Positions 17,943 through 27,569 of a stretch of DNA of 64,000 nt are shown here, in pieces (within the stretch, counting starts at the first letter, position 1; every line of letters begins with the position of its first letter). The translations under genes and the position numbers were made by a program. Under the pieces are notes generated by a model. It was not told where the DNA came from and did no database searches. It was given only the letters and a program-made list of their open reading frames with translations. The stretch is from an uncultured Acholeplasmataceae bacterium (GTDB lineage Bacteria; Bacillota_I; Bacilli_A; ML615J-28; CAG-698), in NCBI GenBank assembly GCA_963542825.1, contig CAUTZD010000002.1, positions 6,326 to 70,325 on the forward strand. The letters are read 5' to 3'.

Positions 17943-19803
17943 TGCTATTGTAATTGGTGGTGGGCATGCTGGAGTTGAGGCAAGTGTTAGTTTAGCGCGC
18001 AAGGGCTTAAAGACGCTTCTTATTACTACGAACCTAGAAAAGGTTGGAAATATGCCGTGTAATCCTTCGATGGGAGGACCAGCTAAAGGAATAATCATTA
18101 AAGAAATTGATGCGCTTGGCGGGGTGATGGGGCAAAACGTTGACCAAAACGTTTTACAGATGAAGCTTTTAAATGATTCCAAAGGTCCCGCTGTCCAGGC
18201 TCTAAGGGCACAGGTTGATAAAGTAAGTTATCCCAAGACCGTTTTGAAATGTTTAAAAGCGCAAAAAAATTTAACGCTTTTAGAAACGAGCGTTGAAGAA
18301 ATTCTTTTTGAAGGCAATAAAGTAACAGGTGTAAGAGTTAAAAGTGGTGAAAAAATACTGACTAAGGGCATTGTTTTGTCAACGGGAACGTATTTAAAAA
18401 GTGAGGTTTTGCGCGGAAAAACAAGAACTGTTAGTGGACCAGAAGGCGACATAACAACGAGCGGGATTAGTAAGAGTTTAATCAAAATGGGTTTTAAACT
18501 CAAACGGTTTAAAACAGGGACTCCACCAAGGCTTCTTAACTCGACAATTGACTTTACAAAACTTATTGAACAACATGGTGATGATGAGATTTATAAGTTT
18601 TCGGAATTAACTAAAGACGAAGACATGATTTCTAAAAATAAACGCGTTAAGTGTTACCTGACTTTTACAAGCGATATAACCCATAAACTCATTCTAGATA
18701 ACCTTAGCGATTCAAGCATGTACGGGGGTATGGTTAAAGGTGTTGGTCCTAGGTACTGTCCATCCATTGAAGATAAAGTAGTAAGATTCAAAGACAAAGA
18801 ACGTCACCAAATTTTCTTAGAACCTGAAAGTATTTACTTAAATACAATCTATACTCAAGGACTATCGACAAGTTTTTCCGAAACTATGCAAGAAAAGGTG
18901 ATTCATTCAGTCAAGGGTTTAGAAAAAGCCGAGTTTGTTAAATATGCTTATGCAATTGAATATGATGCAATTGATGCTCAGGTTTTAAAACCAAGCCTTG
19001 AAGCTTTCGATATCGAAAACTTATTTTTTGCTGGACAAATCAACGGAACATCAGGTTATGAAGAAGCCGCTGCCCAAGGATTAATGGCAGGCATTAATTT
19101 AGCTCATAAACTTAAAGGTGAAAAACCTCTCGTTTTAAAACGTGATGAAGCATATATCGGTGTATTGATTGATGACTTAATTATTAAAGGAGTTATCGAT
19201 CCATATCGGATGCTAACATCAAGAGCAGACTACCGGCTTCTACTTCGTAATGACAATGCTGAGGATCGTCTTTTAAAATATGGTTATGAGGAAGGCTTAG
19301 TTAGCCTTTCGCGTTATCAAAAATTTTTAAAAAAAGTGAAGGAAGAAGAAAGATTAACAAGTATTTTAAAAGAAGAATATATTAGTCCAACTATTAAAAA
19401 TAACAAAATTCTTGAAAGTTTGAAGCTTGATCCAATTAATCAAAAGTTATCGCTATATCAGCTTTTAAAGCGTCCGAATGTTGATTTTAAGGTTCTTGAA
19501 AAGTTTTATAAACTATCAACCTCTTTAGTTGCTCGTGAGCTTAGTGCCTTATTAACTAAAATCAAATATGAAGGGTATATTTTAAAAGAAAAGAAACAAG
19601 CAGAAAAACTTTTGGCACTTGAAACCGTTCCAATTCCTAGCAACATTGATTATGATGATATCAAAAACTTAGCGAGCGAAGCTCGGGAGAAACTTAAAAA
19701 GATTCGCCCAACGACGCTTGCTCAAGCACAGCGTATTAGTGGTGTTAACCCAACAGATGTTTCGCTTATTATGATTTATATTGAGGCTCATCGTGGAAGA
19801 TAA
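17935..19803 (+). CDS. mnmG: tRNA uridine-5-carboxymethylaminomethyl modification enzyme MnmG (GidA)
   Basis: FAD-binding N-terminus YDAIVIGGGHAGVEA, plus GPRYCPSIEDK and FFAGQINGTSGYEEAA. Confidence 0.95.
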   Translation: MYDAIVIGGGHAGVEASVSLARKGLKTLLITTNLEKVGNMPCNPSMGGPAKGIIIKEIDALGGVMGQNVDQNVLQMKLLNDSKGPAVQALRAQVDKVSYPKTVLKCLKAQKNLTLLETSVEEILFEGNKVTGVRVKSGEKILTKGIVLSTGTYLKSEVLRGKTRTVSGPEGDITTSGISKSLIKMGFKLKRFKTGTPPRLLNSTIDFTKLIEQHGDDEIYKFSELTKDEDMISKNKRVKCYLTFTSDITHKLILDNLSDSSMYGGMVKGVGPRYCPSIEDKVVRFKDKERHQIFLEPESIYLNTIYTQGLSTSFSETMQEKVIHSVKGLEKAEFVKYAYAIEYDAIDAQVLKPSLEAFDIENLFFAGQINGTSGYEEAAAQGLMAGINLAHKLKGEKPLVLKRDEAYIGVLIDDLIIKGVIDPYRMLTSRADYRLLLRNDNAEDRLLKYGYEEGLVSLSRYQKFLKKVKEEERLTSILKEEYISPTIKNNKILESLKLDPINQKLSLYQLLKRPNVDFKVLEKFYKLSTSLVARELSALLTKIKYEGYILKEKKQAEKLLALETVPIPSNIDYDDIKNLASEAREKLKKIRPTTLAQAQRISGVNPTDVSLIMIYIEAHRGR

Positions 19804-20434
19804 ACTGGAAATTTATTATAATTTTTTAATTGAGGAAAACAAAAAGTATAATTTAACGAGAATAACTTCAAAAAAAGATGTTAGAGAAAAACATTTCAAC
19901 GACTCCTTAGAAGTGTTTAAAGCAGTAGAGTTTAGAGGTGGTTCATCAGTTGCTGATCTTGGCTCAGGTGCAGGATTTCCTGGGGTTTTATTGAAACTAA
20001 AAAATCCCAAGCTTCAAGTTAGTTTAATTGAAGCAACCACAAAGAAATGCCATTTTTTAGAAATGCTTATTGATAAGCTTAAATTAAGCGGTATAAATGT
20101 TCTTAATAAGCGTATTGAAGAAATAAAGGAACGGGAAATATTTGATATTGTTGTCTCTCGGGCGCTCTCTGACGTTCGCACGGTTCTTGAACTGAGTTCA
20201 GGAATCATTAAAACAAATGGTCAAGTTGTCCTTTATAAAGGACCGAGTTACCTCGAGGAACTAGAAGAAGCTCAAGCGGCAATCAAAAAGCTTGGATACA
20301 AGCTTACAAAGGTTCACGAATATACACTTCTTGATAATGAACTTAAAAGATATTTACTGGTATTTAAAAAGAATAAAGAAACACCAAGTATTTATCCACG
20401 GCGTTATGCAAGCATTAAAAAACAGCCTTTATAG
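19781..20434 (+). CDS. rsmG: 16S rRNA (guanine527-N7)-methyltransferase RsmG (GidB)
   Basis: SAM motif DLGSGAGFPG and position directly after mnmG. The start is TTG at 19781 or GTG at 19793. Confidence 0.9.
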   Translation: MRLIVEDKLEIYYNFLIEENKKYNLTRITSKKDVREKHFNDSLEVFKAVEFRGGSSVADLGSGAGFPGVLLKLKNPKLQVSLIEATTKKCHFLEMLIDKLKLSGINVLNKRIEEIKEREIFDIVVSRALSDVRTVLELSSGIIKTNGQVVLYKGPSYLEELEEAQAAIKKLGYKLTKVHEYTLLDNELKRYLLVFKKNKETPSIYPRRYASIKKQPL

Positions 20435-20442
20435 GAGGAAAC

Positions 20443-21222
20443 ATGGGGAAAGTCATATCGATAGCCAATCAAAAAGGTGGTGTTGGTAAAACTACCACAG
20501 CAATTAATCTTGGATCAGCACTGGCAAGTTTTGGTCTCAAGGTTTTGCTTGTCGATCTTGATGAACAGACAAATGCAACGATTGGTTTAGGATTAAAGCG
20601 CCAACAAAAAGGCAAAACATCTTTCGATTTGTTAACGAGCGAGTCGACTATTTTTGATATGATTTATACTGTTGAGACTAATTTTGATATCGTTCCTTCG
20701 TCACCGAGACTGTCAGAACTACCAACTATGGAAACTTCTAATACAGTTTTAAAGGAAAAAATTAAAGATGTTGTTCTAAAGTATGACTATATCTTATTTG
20801 ACTGCCCACCATCACTCGGCTTAATTACTGAGAATGCTCTAATGGCTTCTGATTCGATTATTGTTCCGGTTGAGTGCGATTACTTTGCTTTTGAAGCCCT
20901 TAATCAAATGATTAATAAAATCAACCGCATTCAAAAAGAGAAGCGAAAGGTTTCTGAAAAACTAACAATCGAAGGAATTTTGTTAACGAAGTTTGATAAT
21001 CGTTTCTTATTTGCCTTTAAAATTGTTGATGGGGTTAGAGGAATGTTCCCTGATAAAACCTTTAAAACAATTATCACCCGTTCTTCCCATTTACAAGAAT
21101 CACCGATGTATGGGAAAAGTGTTCTAAAGTATTCTTGGGCTTCAAGGGGAAGTAAAGAATACCGGGAACTTGCAAAAGAAATTCTCATCAATAATAAGGA
21201 ACTAAAAGATGGAAACAATTAA
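20443..21222 (+). CDS. parA: ParA/Soj-family partition ATPase
   Basis: Deviant Walker A KGGVGKTT, then DLDEQTNAT and FDCPPSLG. No parB follows. Confidence 0.9.
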   Translation: MGKVISIANQKGGVGKTTTAINLGSALASFGLKVLLVDLDEQTNATIGLGLKRQQKGKTSFDLLTSESTIFDMIYTVETNFDIVPSSPRLSELPTMETSNTVLKEKIKDVVLKYDYILFDCPPSLGLITENALMASDSIIVPVECDYFAFEALNQMINKINRIQKEKRKVSEKLTIEGILLTKFDNRFLFAFKIVDGVRGMFPDKTFKTIITRSSHLQESPMYGKSVLKYSWASRGSKEYRELAKEILINNKELKDGNN

Positions 21223-22414
21223 GACGATTTATCGAATTGGTCATGGTCCATCAAGTTCACATACGATGGCACCAGAAAGAGCGTGCCAGATTGTTTTAAA
21301 GAAATACCCAGGGGCAACAAAATTTGAGGTCACACTTTTTAATTCACTAGCATCGACCGGTCAAGGCCATTTAACGAATTATATTATTCAGGAGACCCTT
21401 GGTAAAGCCCGCACGAAAATCACGAAAGTTCAGAACTATGATAAGCATCCTAACTACTTTACAATCAGAGTATTAAAAGGTGATACTGTACTTGATGAAA
21501 TTGCTTTTGCTTCGATTGGCGGTGGAGCTCTGAGCGTTAATGGAAAGAGCGATAACAGTAAAAATATTTATAAAGAAAAAAGTTTTGATGATATCAAAAA
21601 GTATATTAAAGAAAAACATATAACATTAACTGATTATGTGTTTGAGCACGAAGATGAAGACTTTAAAGATTACTTACTTAAAGTTTGGGAAGTCATGAAA
21701 AAGTCGATTACTCGTGGTCTTATGGAAGAAGGTATTTTGCCAGGGAAACTTGGCGTTGTAAGAAAAGCGAAAGAACTTTTTAAAGTTTCTAATCTTAAAA
21801 CTAACGATAATTTTATTCGCAAGGTTTCAAGCTACGCTTTTGCAGTAGGCGAAGAAAATGCTGCTGGAAACGTTATTGCTACAGCACCTACTTGCGGGGC
21901 GTGCGGAGTGGTTCCTGCAGTTCTTTATTACTATTATCACGATCAAGGTATGAACGAGGAAAAGATAATTCACGCTTTAGCGGTTGCGGGACTCTTTGGA
22001 AACATTGTACGAAGAAACGCTACCATTTCTGGAGCGGTTGGTGGCTGCCAAGCAGAAGTCGGTACCGCTTGCTCGATGGCTGCCGCTGCCTGTAGTTTTC
22101 TTTTTAATTCGACAGTTGATGAAATCGAGTATGCTGCGGAAATCGGCATGGAACATCATTTGGGTTTAACGTGTGATCCGGTTGATGGATATGTTCAGAT
22201 TCCGTGTATCGAACGTAATGCTGTAGGAGCAATCAGAGCAATCAATGCTAGTATGCTTGCTGATAGTTTATCAGGTACACGTAAAGTTAGTTTTGATACA
22301 GTCGTTAAAACGATGTATCAAACAGGACTTGATATGGATGTTAAATATAAAGAAACAGCAGAAGCAGGTTTAGCTTATTTTTATTATGAGAAAAAGGGGA
22401 AACAAAAGAAGTGA
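21209..22414 (+). CDS. sdaA: L-serine ammonia-lyase (iron-sulfur-dependent L-serine dehydratase, single chain)
   Basis: N-terminal GHGPSSSHT, then ATAPTCGACGVVPAVL and GLTCDPV motifs. Confidence 0.85.
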   Translation: METIKTIYRIGHGPSSSHTMAPERACQIVLKKYPGATKFEVTLFNSLASTGQGHLTNYIIQETLGKARTKITKVQNYDKHPNYFTIRVLKGDTVLDEIAFASIGGGALSVNGKSDNSKNIYKEKSFDDIKKYIKEKHITLTDYVFEHEDEDFKDYLLKVWEVMKKSITRGLMEEGILPGKLGVVRKAKELFKVSNLKTNDNFIRKVSSYAFAVGEENAAGNVIATAPTCGACGVVPAVLYYYYHDQGMNEEKIIHALAVAGLFGNIVRRNATISGAVGGCQAEVGTACSMAAAACSFLFNSTVDEIEYAAEIGMEHHLGLTCDPVDGYVQIPCIERNAVGAIRAINASMLADSLSGTRKVSFDTVVKTMYQTGLDMDVKYKETAEAGLAYFYYEKKGKQKK

Positions 22415-24207
22415 AAATTTCAAAAACTAATCTAAAAAATTTTTCAAACTGTGAAAGTTATCCAGCTCTCTATAACATCAAACGCGATAAACTAAGAGCG
22501 TTTGAAGAAACAGTTGGAATACCTCTTGAAGAGATATATGAAATTTTAGGAAATATTTTTGATCCTGAATCTGGAGAAGACCTAACAGCGATTGATACCA
22601 CTCAGCTTGAAGCTATGGCGGAAAAATATAAAGACGTTGAGGAACTTGCTATTAAGTTTTGTGAAGATGTTTTCCAAACAAAAATTAAAGCCTCGCGTAA
22701 CATAAACGAGCAGGAGAAGGTTGAGTATTTTAAAGATGGTCACACTTTTTATACCTATCTTGATGGCTTTAAAGAAACTGATGATGAATTTTTAATCTTT
22801 GAGGTTAAGGCAACCACAAATAGTGAATTTCTAAAACTTTCTGGTAAAGTTGGAATCGATAAAGTTCCTTATTTTAATAAGGAAGAAAACTTTCTTGTTC
22901 TCAATGAACATTATGAAAGAATGTGGGACGCAAGAAAAAAGCTTTTAGATCGCTATAGTGATACTGGTAAATACATTTTTGATATAGCTATCACTGATTA
23001 CCTCTTTAAACATTCTAGTCGCTTCATCAATAACAAAAAGAAAAAAGTACGTTCGTATCTTGTAATACTTAATAGTGATTATGTATACGATGGTGCGTCC
23101 AAAGGTTACCCTGAGCTTAACGGTGAGAAACTTTTTAATATCATCGATACAACATACATCATTAAAGATTATGATATCGAAGAAGAAATAAATAAGACAA
23201 TAAAATATATTAATAAGGCAAACACCGATTGTATCGTTGATAAAAAGTGTCGAAGAAAAAAAACCGACTGCTGCCCAATGGTTAATTACTGCTGGAAAGA
23301 GCCAGGAGCAAATGGTTCTATTTTTGAATATTTATACAACCACTGTGGCTTCAAAAGAGGTAAGGAAAAAGCGATATCGACATTTGATCTTTATTACCAA
23401 TATAAATATTTTAAAATGGTCGATGTTCCTGATGAATTTTTAAATAGACCAATAAATAAAGTTCAAAAAGCTTGCGCTTTAAATAATGAAGAGTATATAA
23501 ATATTAAAAACATCAAAATGGTTTTAGAAAAACTTAGATACCCTTTATACCATTTAGACTTTGAAAGCTTCAACGATCCACTTCCTCGCTTTAGGGGTGA
23601 AAACCCTTATTCACAAAGTGTCTTTCAATATAGCCTTCATATCGAAAATGTGCCTGGTGATAAAAACGTTTTAAAAAATCATACACAGTATATTGCTAAA
23701 AGCTTTGGTGATGAGCGTTACGAACTAGTTAAACAGTTAGTTAACGATATCAAAATAACTAGTAAAAAAGGAATGGTTGTAGTTTATAATAAAGCTTTTG
23801 AGGAATCAAGATTAAAAGAATTTATGGTTTTGTTTCCAGAATTTGAAGAGAAACTGCAGTTAATGATTGATAATATGGTAGATCTTTTGAAGATTTTAAA
23901 CTCAGATAGTTATATGGCTGATAGCATAGACAGGTCAAAAGGTAGTATGTTTAATTACTACAACACGGATCTTCATGGATCGTTTTCAATCAAAAAGGTT
24001 TTACCTGTGTTTTCAGACCTTAGCTATAAGGACCTAGCAGTTAGAAACGGTATGGAAGCCATACTAGCTTATTCAAAGTTTGAACACGGGACCAAAGAAG
24101 AAATTGAGGATATTCGTAATAACCTTGCTATTTATTGTGGGCAAGATACATATTCGATGGTTGTTATTCTAAATAAATTATGGGAGAGAGTTAGGAAAGG
24201 TAAATAA
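22411..24207 (+). CDS. DUF2779-type protein: N-terminal Cas4/RecB-like PD-(D/E)xK domain fused to C-terminal DEDDy-like exonuclease domain
   Basis: IFEVKAT (ExK). One N-terminal Cys plus the cluster C-x6-CC-x5-C. C-terminal YHLDFES, VVYNKAFEE and YCGQDTYSM resemble ExoI-III motifs. Confidence 0.65.
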   Translation: MKISKTNLKNFSNCESYPALYNIKRDKLRAFEETVGIPLEEIYEILGNIFDPESGEDLTAIDTTQLEAMAEKYKDVEELAIKFCEDVFQTKIKASRNINEQEKVEYFKDGHTFYTYLDGFKETDDEFLIFEVKATTNSEFLKLSGKVGIDKVPYFNKEENFLVLNEHYERMWDARKKLLDRYSDTGKYIFDIAITDYLFKHSSRFINNKKKKVRSYLVILNSDYVYDGASKGYPELNGEKLFNIIDTTYIIKDYDIEEEINKTIKYINKANTDCIVDKKCRRKKTDCCPMVNYCWKEPGANGSIFEYLYNHCGFKRGKEKAISTFDLYYQYKYFKMVDVPDEFLNRPINKVQKACALNNEEYINIKNIKMVLEKLRYPLYHLDFESFNDPLPRFRGENPYSQSVFQYSLHIENVPGDKNVLKNHTQYIAKSFGDERYELVKQLVNDIKITSKKGMVVVYNKAFEESRLKEFMVLFPEFEEKLQLMIDNMVDLLKILNSDSYMADSIDRSKGSMFNYYNTDLHGSFSIKKVLPVFSDLSYKDLAVRNGMEAILAYSKFEHGTKEEIEDIRNNLAIYCGQDTYSMVVILNKLWERVRKGK

Positions 24208-24208
24208 G

Positions 24209-24784
24209 ATGCTTCTTACTAATTTTTGGGAACAAGTTAAGAATTTTTTTCAAGTAAGCAATTACTGGCTACTTTTATTTATTTTCTTTGCTAGAGCAAT
24301 TGAGGTATCAATTGGTACCCTAAGAGTTATTGTGATGAACAAAGGATATAAAAACATCGGAGCTATTCTTGCATTTATTGAGGTTTTAATCTGGGTGTTT
24401 GTTGCCAGTGAAGTAATCAAAGATATCAGTTCAGAGCCGATGCGAGGAATCGTTTATTCACTAGGGTTTGCTGCTGGTGTGTGGCTTGGAACATTGTTTG
24501 AAGATAAAATAGCTCTCGGTAAAATTTTAATTCAGGTAGTGTGTGAACCAGACAAAGCAGAAGCGATTCTTGAAGCTGTGCGAATTGAGGGTTTTGGTGC
24601 TACGGAAGTCGAGGCTCAAGGCAAGGGCGGAAAGAAAAAAATGCTTTATATTTACACTAATCGTAAATTTAAAAACAAAGTCTTTAATTTAATCAATGAG
24701 ATTGATGAAGATGCATTTATTACAAGCAATCAAATCGATGAACCTAAGGGTGGATATTTTAGGTCTCGAAGAATTTTGAAGTAG
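24209..24784 (+). CDS. UPF0316/DUF2179-family membrane protein
   Basis: Three N-terminal TM helices (ARAIEVSIGTLRVI..) and a C-terminal soluble alpha/beta domain, typical of the YebE/UPF0316 family. Confidence 0.7.
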   Translation: MLLTNFWEQVKNFFQVSNYWLLLFIFFARAIEVSIGTLRVIVMNKGYKNIGAILAFIEVLIWVFVASEVIKDISSEPMRGIVYSLGFAAGVWLGTLFEDKIALGKILIQVVCEPDKAEAILEAVRIEGFGATEVEAQGKGGKKKMLYIYTNRKFKNKVFNLINEIDEDAFITSNQIDEPKGGYFRSRRILK

Positions 24785-24816
24785 AAAAAAGGCGATTTAA
24801 TAAAAATCGCCTTTTT
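24785..24816. terminator. bidirectional rho-independent terminator between convergent genes
   Basis: GGCGATTT / AAATCGCC stem flanked by A6 and T5. Confidence 0.85.
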
Positions 24817-24826
24817 AAGTACTTAA

Positions 24827-26680
24827 CTATTCAACCGCATAAACAATGTATTTTTTGGTTTTGAGCCAAATGTTATAAAGGTTCTCAGCGCTATAGCGCT
24901 CCTCAACTGGTCTAATTGCTGGATCGTTAGCGATGAAATATAGTTTATCGCCCACATATTCGTAACCTTTAATTACTAACAAATGTCCATCAGTCGACCA
25001 AACAATTCCTGATTCGCCAACGATTTTTCCAGTGACGCTAATGGCAACAGGACCAATTTTTGCAAGGTGGTTTACTAAACCGTTCAAAGAAGTGTAAGCC
25101 ACTACATAACTAAATTCGTTAAATCCTGAGATAGCTGCTGTATTGTAAACCCAGTTACCGTAGAAGCCGTCGGTTACGTGGTCTTGCGTGTATCTTGCAA
25201 AATTTCCATGAGGGAAGTTTCTATCATAACTTGTGATGTTATTGGGATCCTTTGCCCATTCTTCAATTTTGTGTCCTTTATACATAAGGAGCATTGTCGA
25301 AGATGTTGGACTACATATAATATTACCAATCTCTGGAACACTACGTTGATATAGTTTAGGAACCTCATAGACTTTTTTATTTGGAAGATCTTTAACGCTT
25401 ATTTCATGTACTATATCCTCATCAAAAATAAAAGTCATTGCTACACCTCTAAGTACAGGAGAAACTTCTTTCTCTTTTTTGAGAATAACCTTTAACTGGA
25501 CTTTACTAACGTTTATGCTATTGAGGCGGCGCATCCATTCGGTTTCAAAGACGAAACCACTAGTGTTATCTTCCTCGTAAGGCCTACTTTTATTAACTCT
25601 TCCAAGACCCCACTCGCCGAAGGAGAACCATTTGCTCCATTCGTTTCCACTATTATATCCTCTAATAAATACCTCAACAGAATTTGTTTTATCAGTGGTT
25701 GTTATCCAGCTAACGAGTACCTTACGAAAGTTTAGCGTATCATACTCAGGGCTTACCCAGGTTCCAAGATTTTTATTTTCATCTAGTTTTAAAAACCCAT
25801 TAGATGTTTTAACGACATCTGTATAGGTACCATCAAGCTTTTTATCAACGATTAAATTTGGTTGTTTCATTACATTTACCTCATATGCTTTCATTTGTTT
25901 ATCAATTTCTAGTTTTAATAGTGATTGTGTTTTTTCACTTTTTAAAACCTGAACTTTGTTATTTTCAATTTTGTATAAATCTTCATCGCCACTGATGAGT
26001 GTTCCCTTAAGTCCATAACGCAGATTAAAATCAATTTCTTGGTTATCGTAAATAAGGTTAGGAACTGTGAAATGATTTAAAGTGTCGTTTATCATTTCTT
26101 CAGAAGTCATTTTTAGAAGTTTGACGGTTTTTTTAACCGCAGGATAACCTTGGCGATTTAAAGTAAAATCAACGATATAATCTTCGGTTATCGGTCTTGT
26201 GATTGCTCCAGTAGCATCAATAATAGAATCACTTATTTGCCAGTCGAGAGCTTTATCGCGAAATGATTTGGGAATATCTAAATATCCTTTGTGTTCTTTA
26301 GGAAGGTCAGTTACTGTGAGAAATCTTTTGTATTCTTCATCACCTATTAGTGTAACTCTTTTACTAATGGTTATTTGTGTATCTTTTTGGGTTAAATAAA
26401 AATCTAAAACAAGCGAATAAACTTTATCACGCTTAAGGATCTTTCCTTCAGAGCTAATGATATCATCTTTTTGAGGAATCATCGTCACTTCAATGGTAAC
26501 TCCCTTGTATTCAAACGTTTTAGGAATTGGTAAGTCAAGATAAGTTTCATCAGGAATCTTAAGAAGCGTAAAGGCTTCATTTAATTCTGCTTCCGTTAAA
26601 ACTTTATCTTCGGTTTTTTTCTTGCATCCAGTAAGCAGTAAACCAAAAATAAGTAGTAAAAATAAAATAGTTCTCTTCAT
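24827..26680 (-). CDS. surface lipoprotein with C-terminal C39-like (papain-fold) cysteine peptidase domain
   Basis: Lipobox LLLTGC. N-terminal small Ig-like modules (LDIPKSF..LDWQISDS..ITRP). C-terminal GNIICSPTSSTMLLMY (Cys) and DGHLLVIKGY..ANDP (His/Asp) resemble Peptidase_C39_2. Confidence 0.6.
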   Translation of the reverse strand: MKRTILFLLLIFGLLLTGCKKKTEDKVLTEAELNEAFTLLKIPDETYLDLPIPKTFEYKGVTIEVTMIPQKDDIISSEGKILKRDKVYSLVLDFYLTQKDTQITISKRVTLIGDEEYKRFLTVTDLPKEHKGYLDIPKSFRDKALDWQISDSIIDATGAITRPITEDYIVDFTLNRQGYPAVKKTVKLLKMTSEEMINDTLNHFTVPNLIYDNQEIDFNLRYGLKGTLISGDEDLYKIENNKVQVLKSEKTQSLLKLEIDKQMKAYEVNVMKQPNLIVDKKLDGTYTDVVKTSNGFLKLDENKNLGTWVSPEYDTLNFRKVLVSWITTTDKTNSVEVFIRGYNSGNEWSKWFSFGEWGLGRVNKSRPYEEDNTSGFVFETEWMRRLNSINVSKVQLKVILKKEKEVSPVLRGVAMTFIFDEDIVHEISVKDLPNKKVYEVPKLYQRSVPEIGNIICSPTSSTMLLMYKGHKIEEWAKDPNNITSYDRNFPHGNFARYTQDHVTDGFYGNWVYNTAAISGFNEFSYVVAYTSLNGLVNHLAKIGPVAISVTGKIVGESGIVWSTDGHLLVIKGYEYVGDKLYFIANDPAIRPVEERYSAENLYNIWLKTKKYIVYAVE

Positions 26681-26783
26681 TATCTATTTCTCCTTGATAT
26701 GTATTTTACCATATCTTTAATATTTGTTGATTAAGATTTGTAAAATAATAAGATATTAATATAAAAAAGAAGTATAATATCAT

Positions 26784-27569
26784 GTGATATTTAAAGTAAG
26801 AAACAATTTAGCGGGGAAAACAGCAAGAGAAATTTTATTATCACTAGGAATCGGCAAGCCAAGAATCTATGAACTGTTTTTAAATGGAGCTGTTCTAGTT
26901 AATGGTAACACCGTTAAAGAAAATATAGTTCTTAAAGAAGATGATACTTTTCAGATTGTTGAAACCGAGAACAAGACAAAATACGATAATAGCATCTGGG
27001 AAAATGATTATCTTGTAGCTCTTTATAAACCCAAAAATATTCTTACTCATACCGATGGAAAAGAGAAGGGCTTTTTAGAAATACAGAAAAACCACGAAAA
27101 TCTTTATGTTGTTCAGCGTCTTGATAATGAGACAAGTGGAATTATTGTATTTTCTAAATCTAAATACTACGCAATTTATTTAGATAAACTTTTCAGAGAG
27201 CGTCTTGTTACAAAGGAATATTTAGCGGAAGTTAAAACTTTTAAAGAGGAAAAGGCGATAATTAAAAATGCTCTTCGATATGACAGGCACGACAAGAAAA
27301 CAAGAGTTTATCCTGAAAGTGGTCCCTTTATAACAAGTGTTAAAAAGATTAAAAAAGCAAACGAAGTAACAACTTTAAAAGTAATATTAAACTCAGGGAT
27401 GACCCATCAAATCAGAGCTCATCTGAGTTATATTGGTTCACCAATCATTGGTGATATAAAGTATGGCGGAAAGCCAAGCGAAACTTTAAGACTAGAAGCA
27501 ACAGGAGTAAAGTTTTTCGATATCGTTACAAATAAAGAAATAGAAATAAAACTAAAGGAGGAAAAATGA
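26784..27569 (+). CDS. RluA-family pseudouridine synthase with N-terminal S4-like domain
   Basis: VVQRLDNETSGIIVFSK (catalytic Asp motif) and MTHQIRAHL. GTG start with no obvious SD. Confidence 0.85.
   Translation: MIFKVRNNLAGKTAREILLSLGIGKPRIYELFLNGAVLVNGNTVKENIVLKEDDTFQIVETENKTKYDNSIWENDYLVALYKPKNILTHTDGKEKGFLEIQKNHENLYVVQRLDNETSGIIVFSKSKYYAIYLDKLFRERLVTKEYLAEVKTFKEEKAIIKNALRYDRHDKKTRVYPESGPFITSVKKIKKANEVTTLKVILNSGMTHQIRAHLSYIGSPIIGDIKYGGKPSETLRLEATGVKFFDIVTNKEIEIKLKEEK

Noticed and set aside
20443-21222. Orphan parA as a sign of a plasmid or integrated mobile element, or as an origin marker
   Set aside because: It sits in the conserved chromosomal mnmG-rsmG-parA context. No parB, rep, integrase or repeats are present. 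Absence of parB is known in reduced low-GC genomes. dnaA is not in the window, so no origin call can be made.
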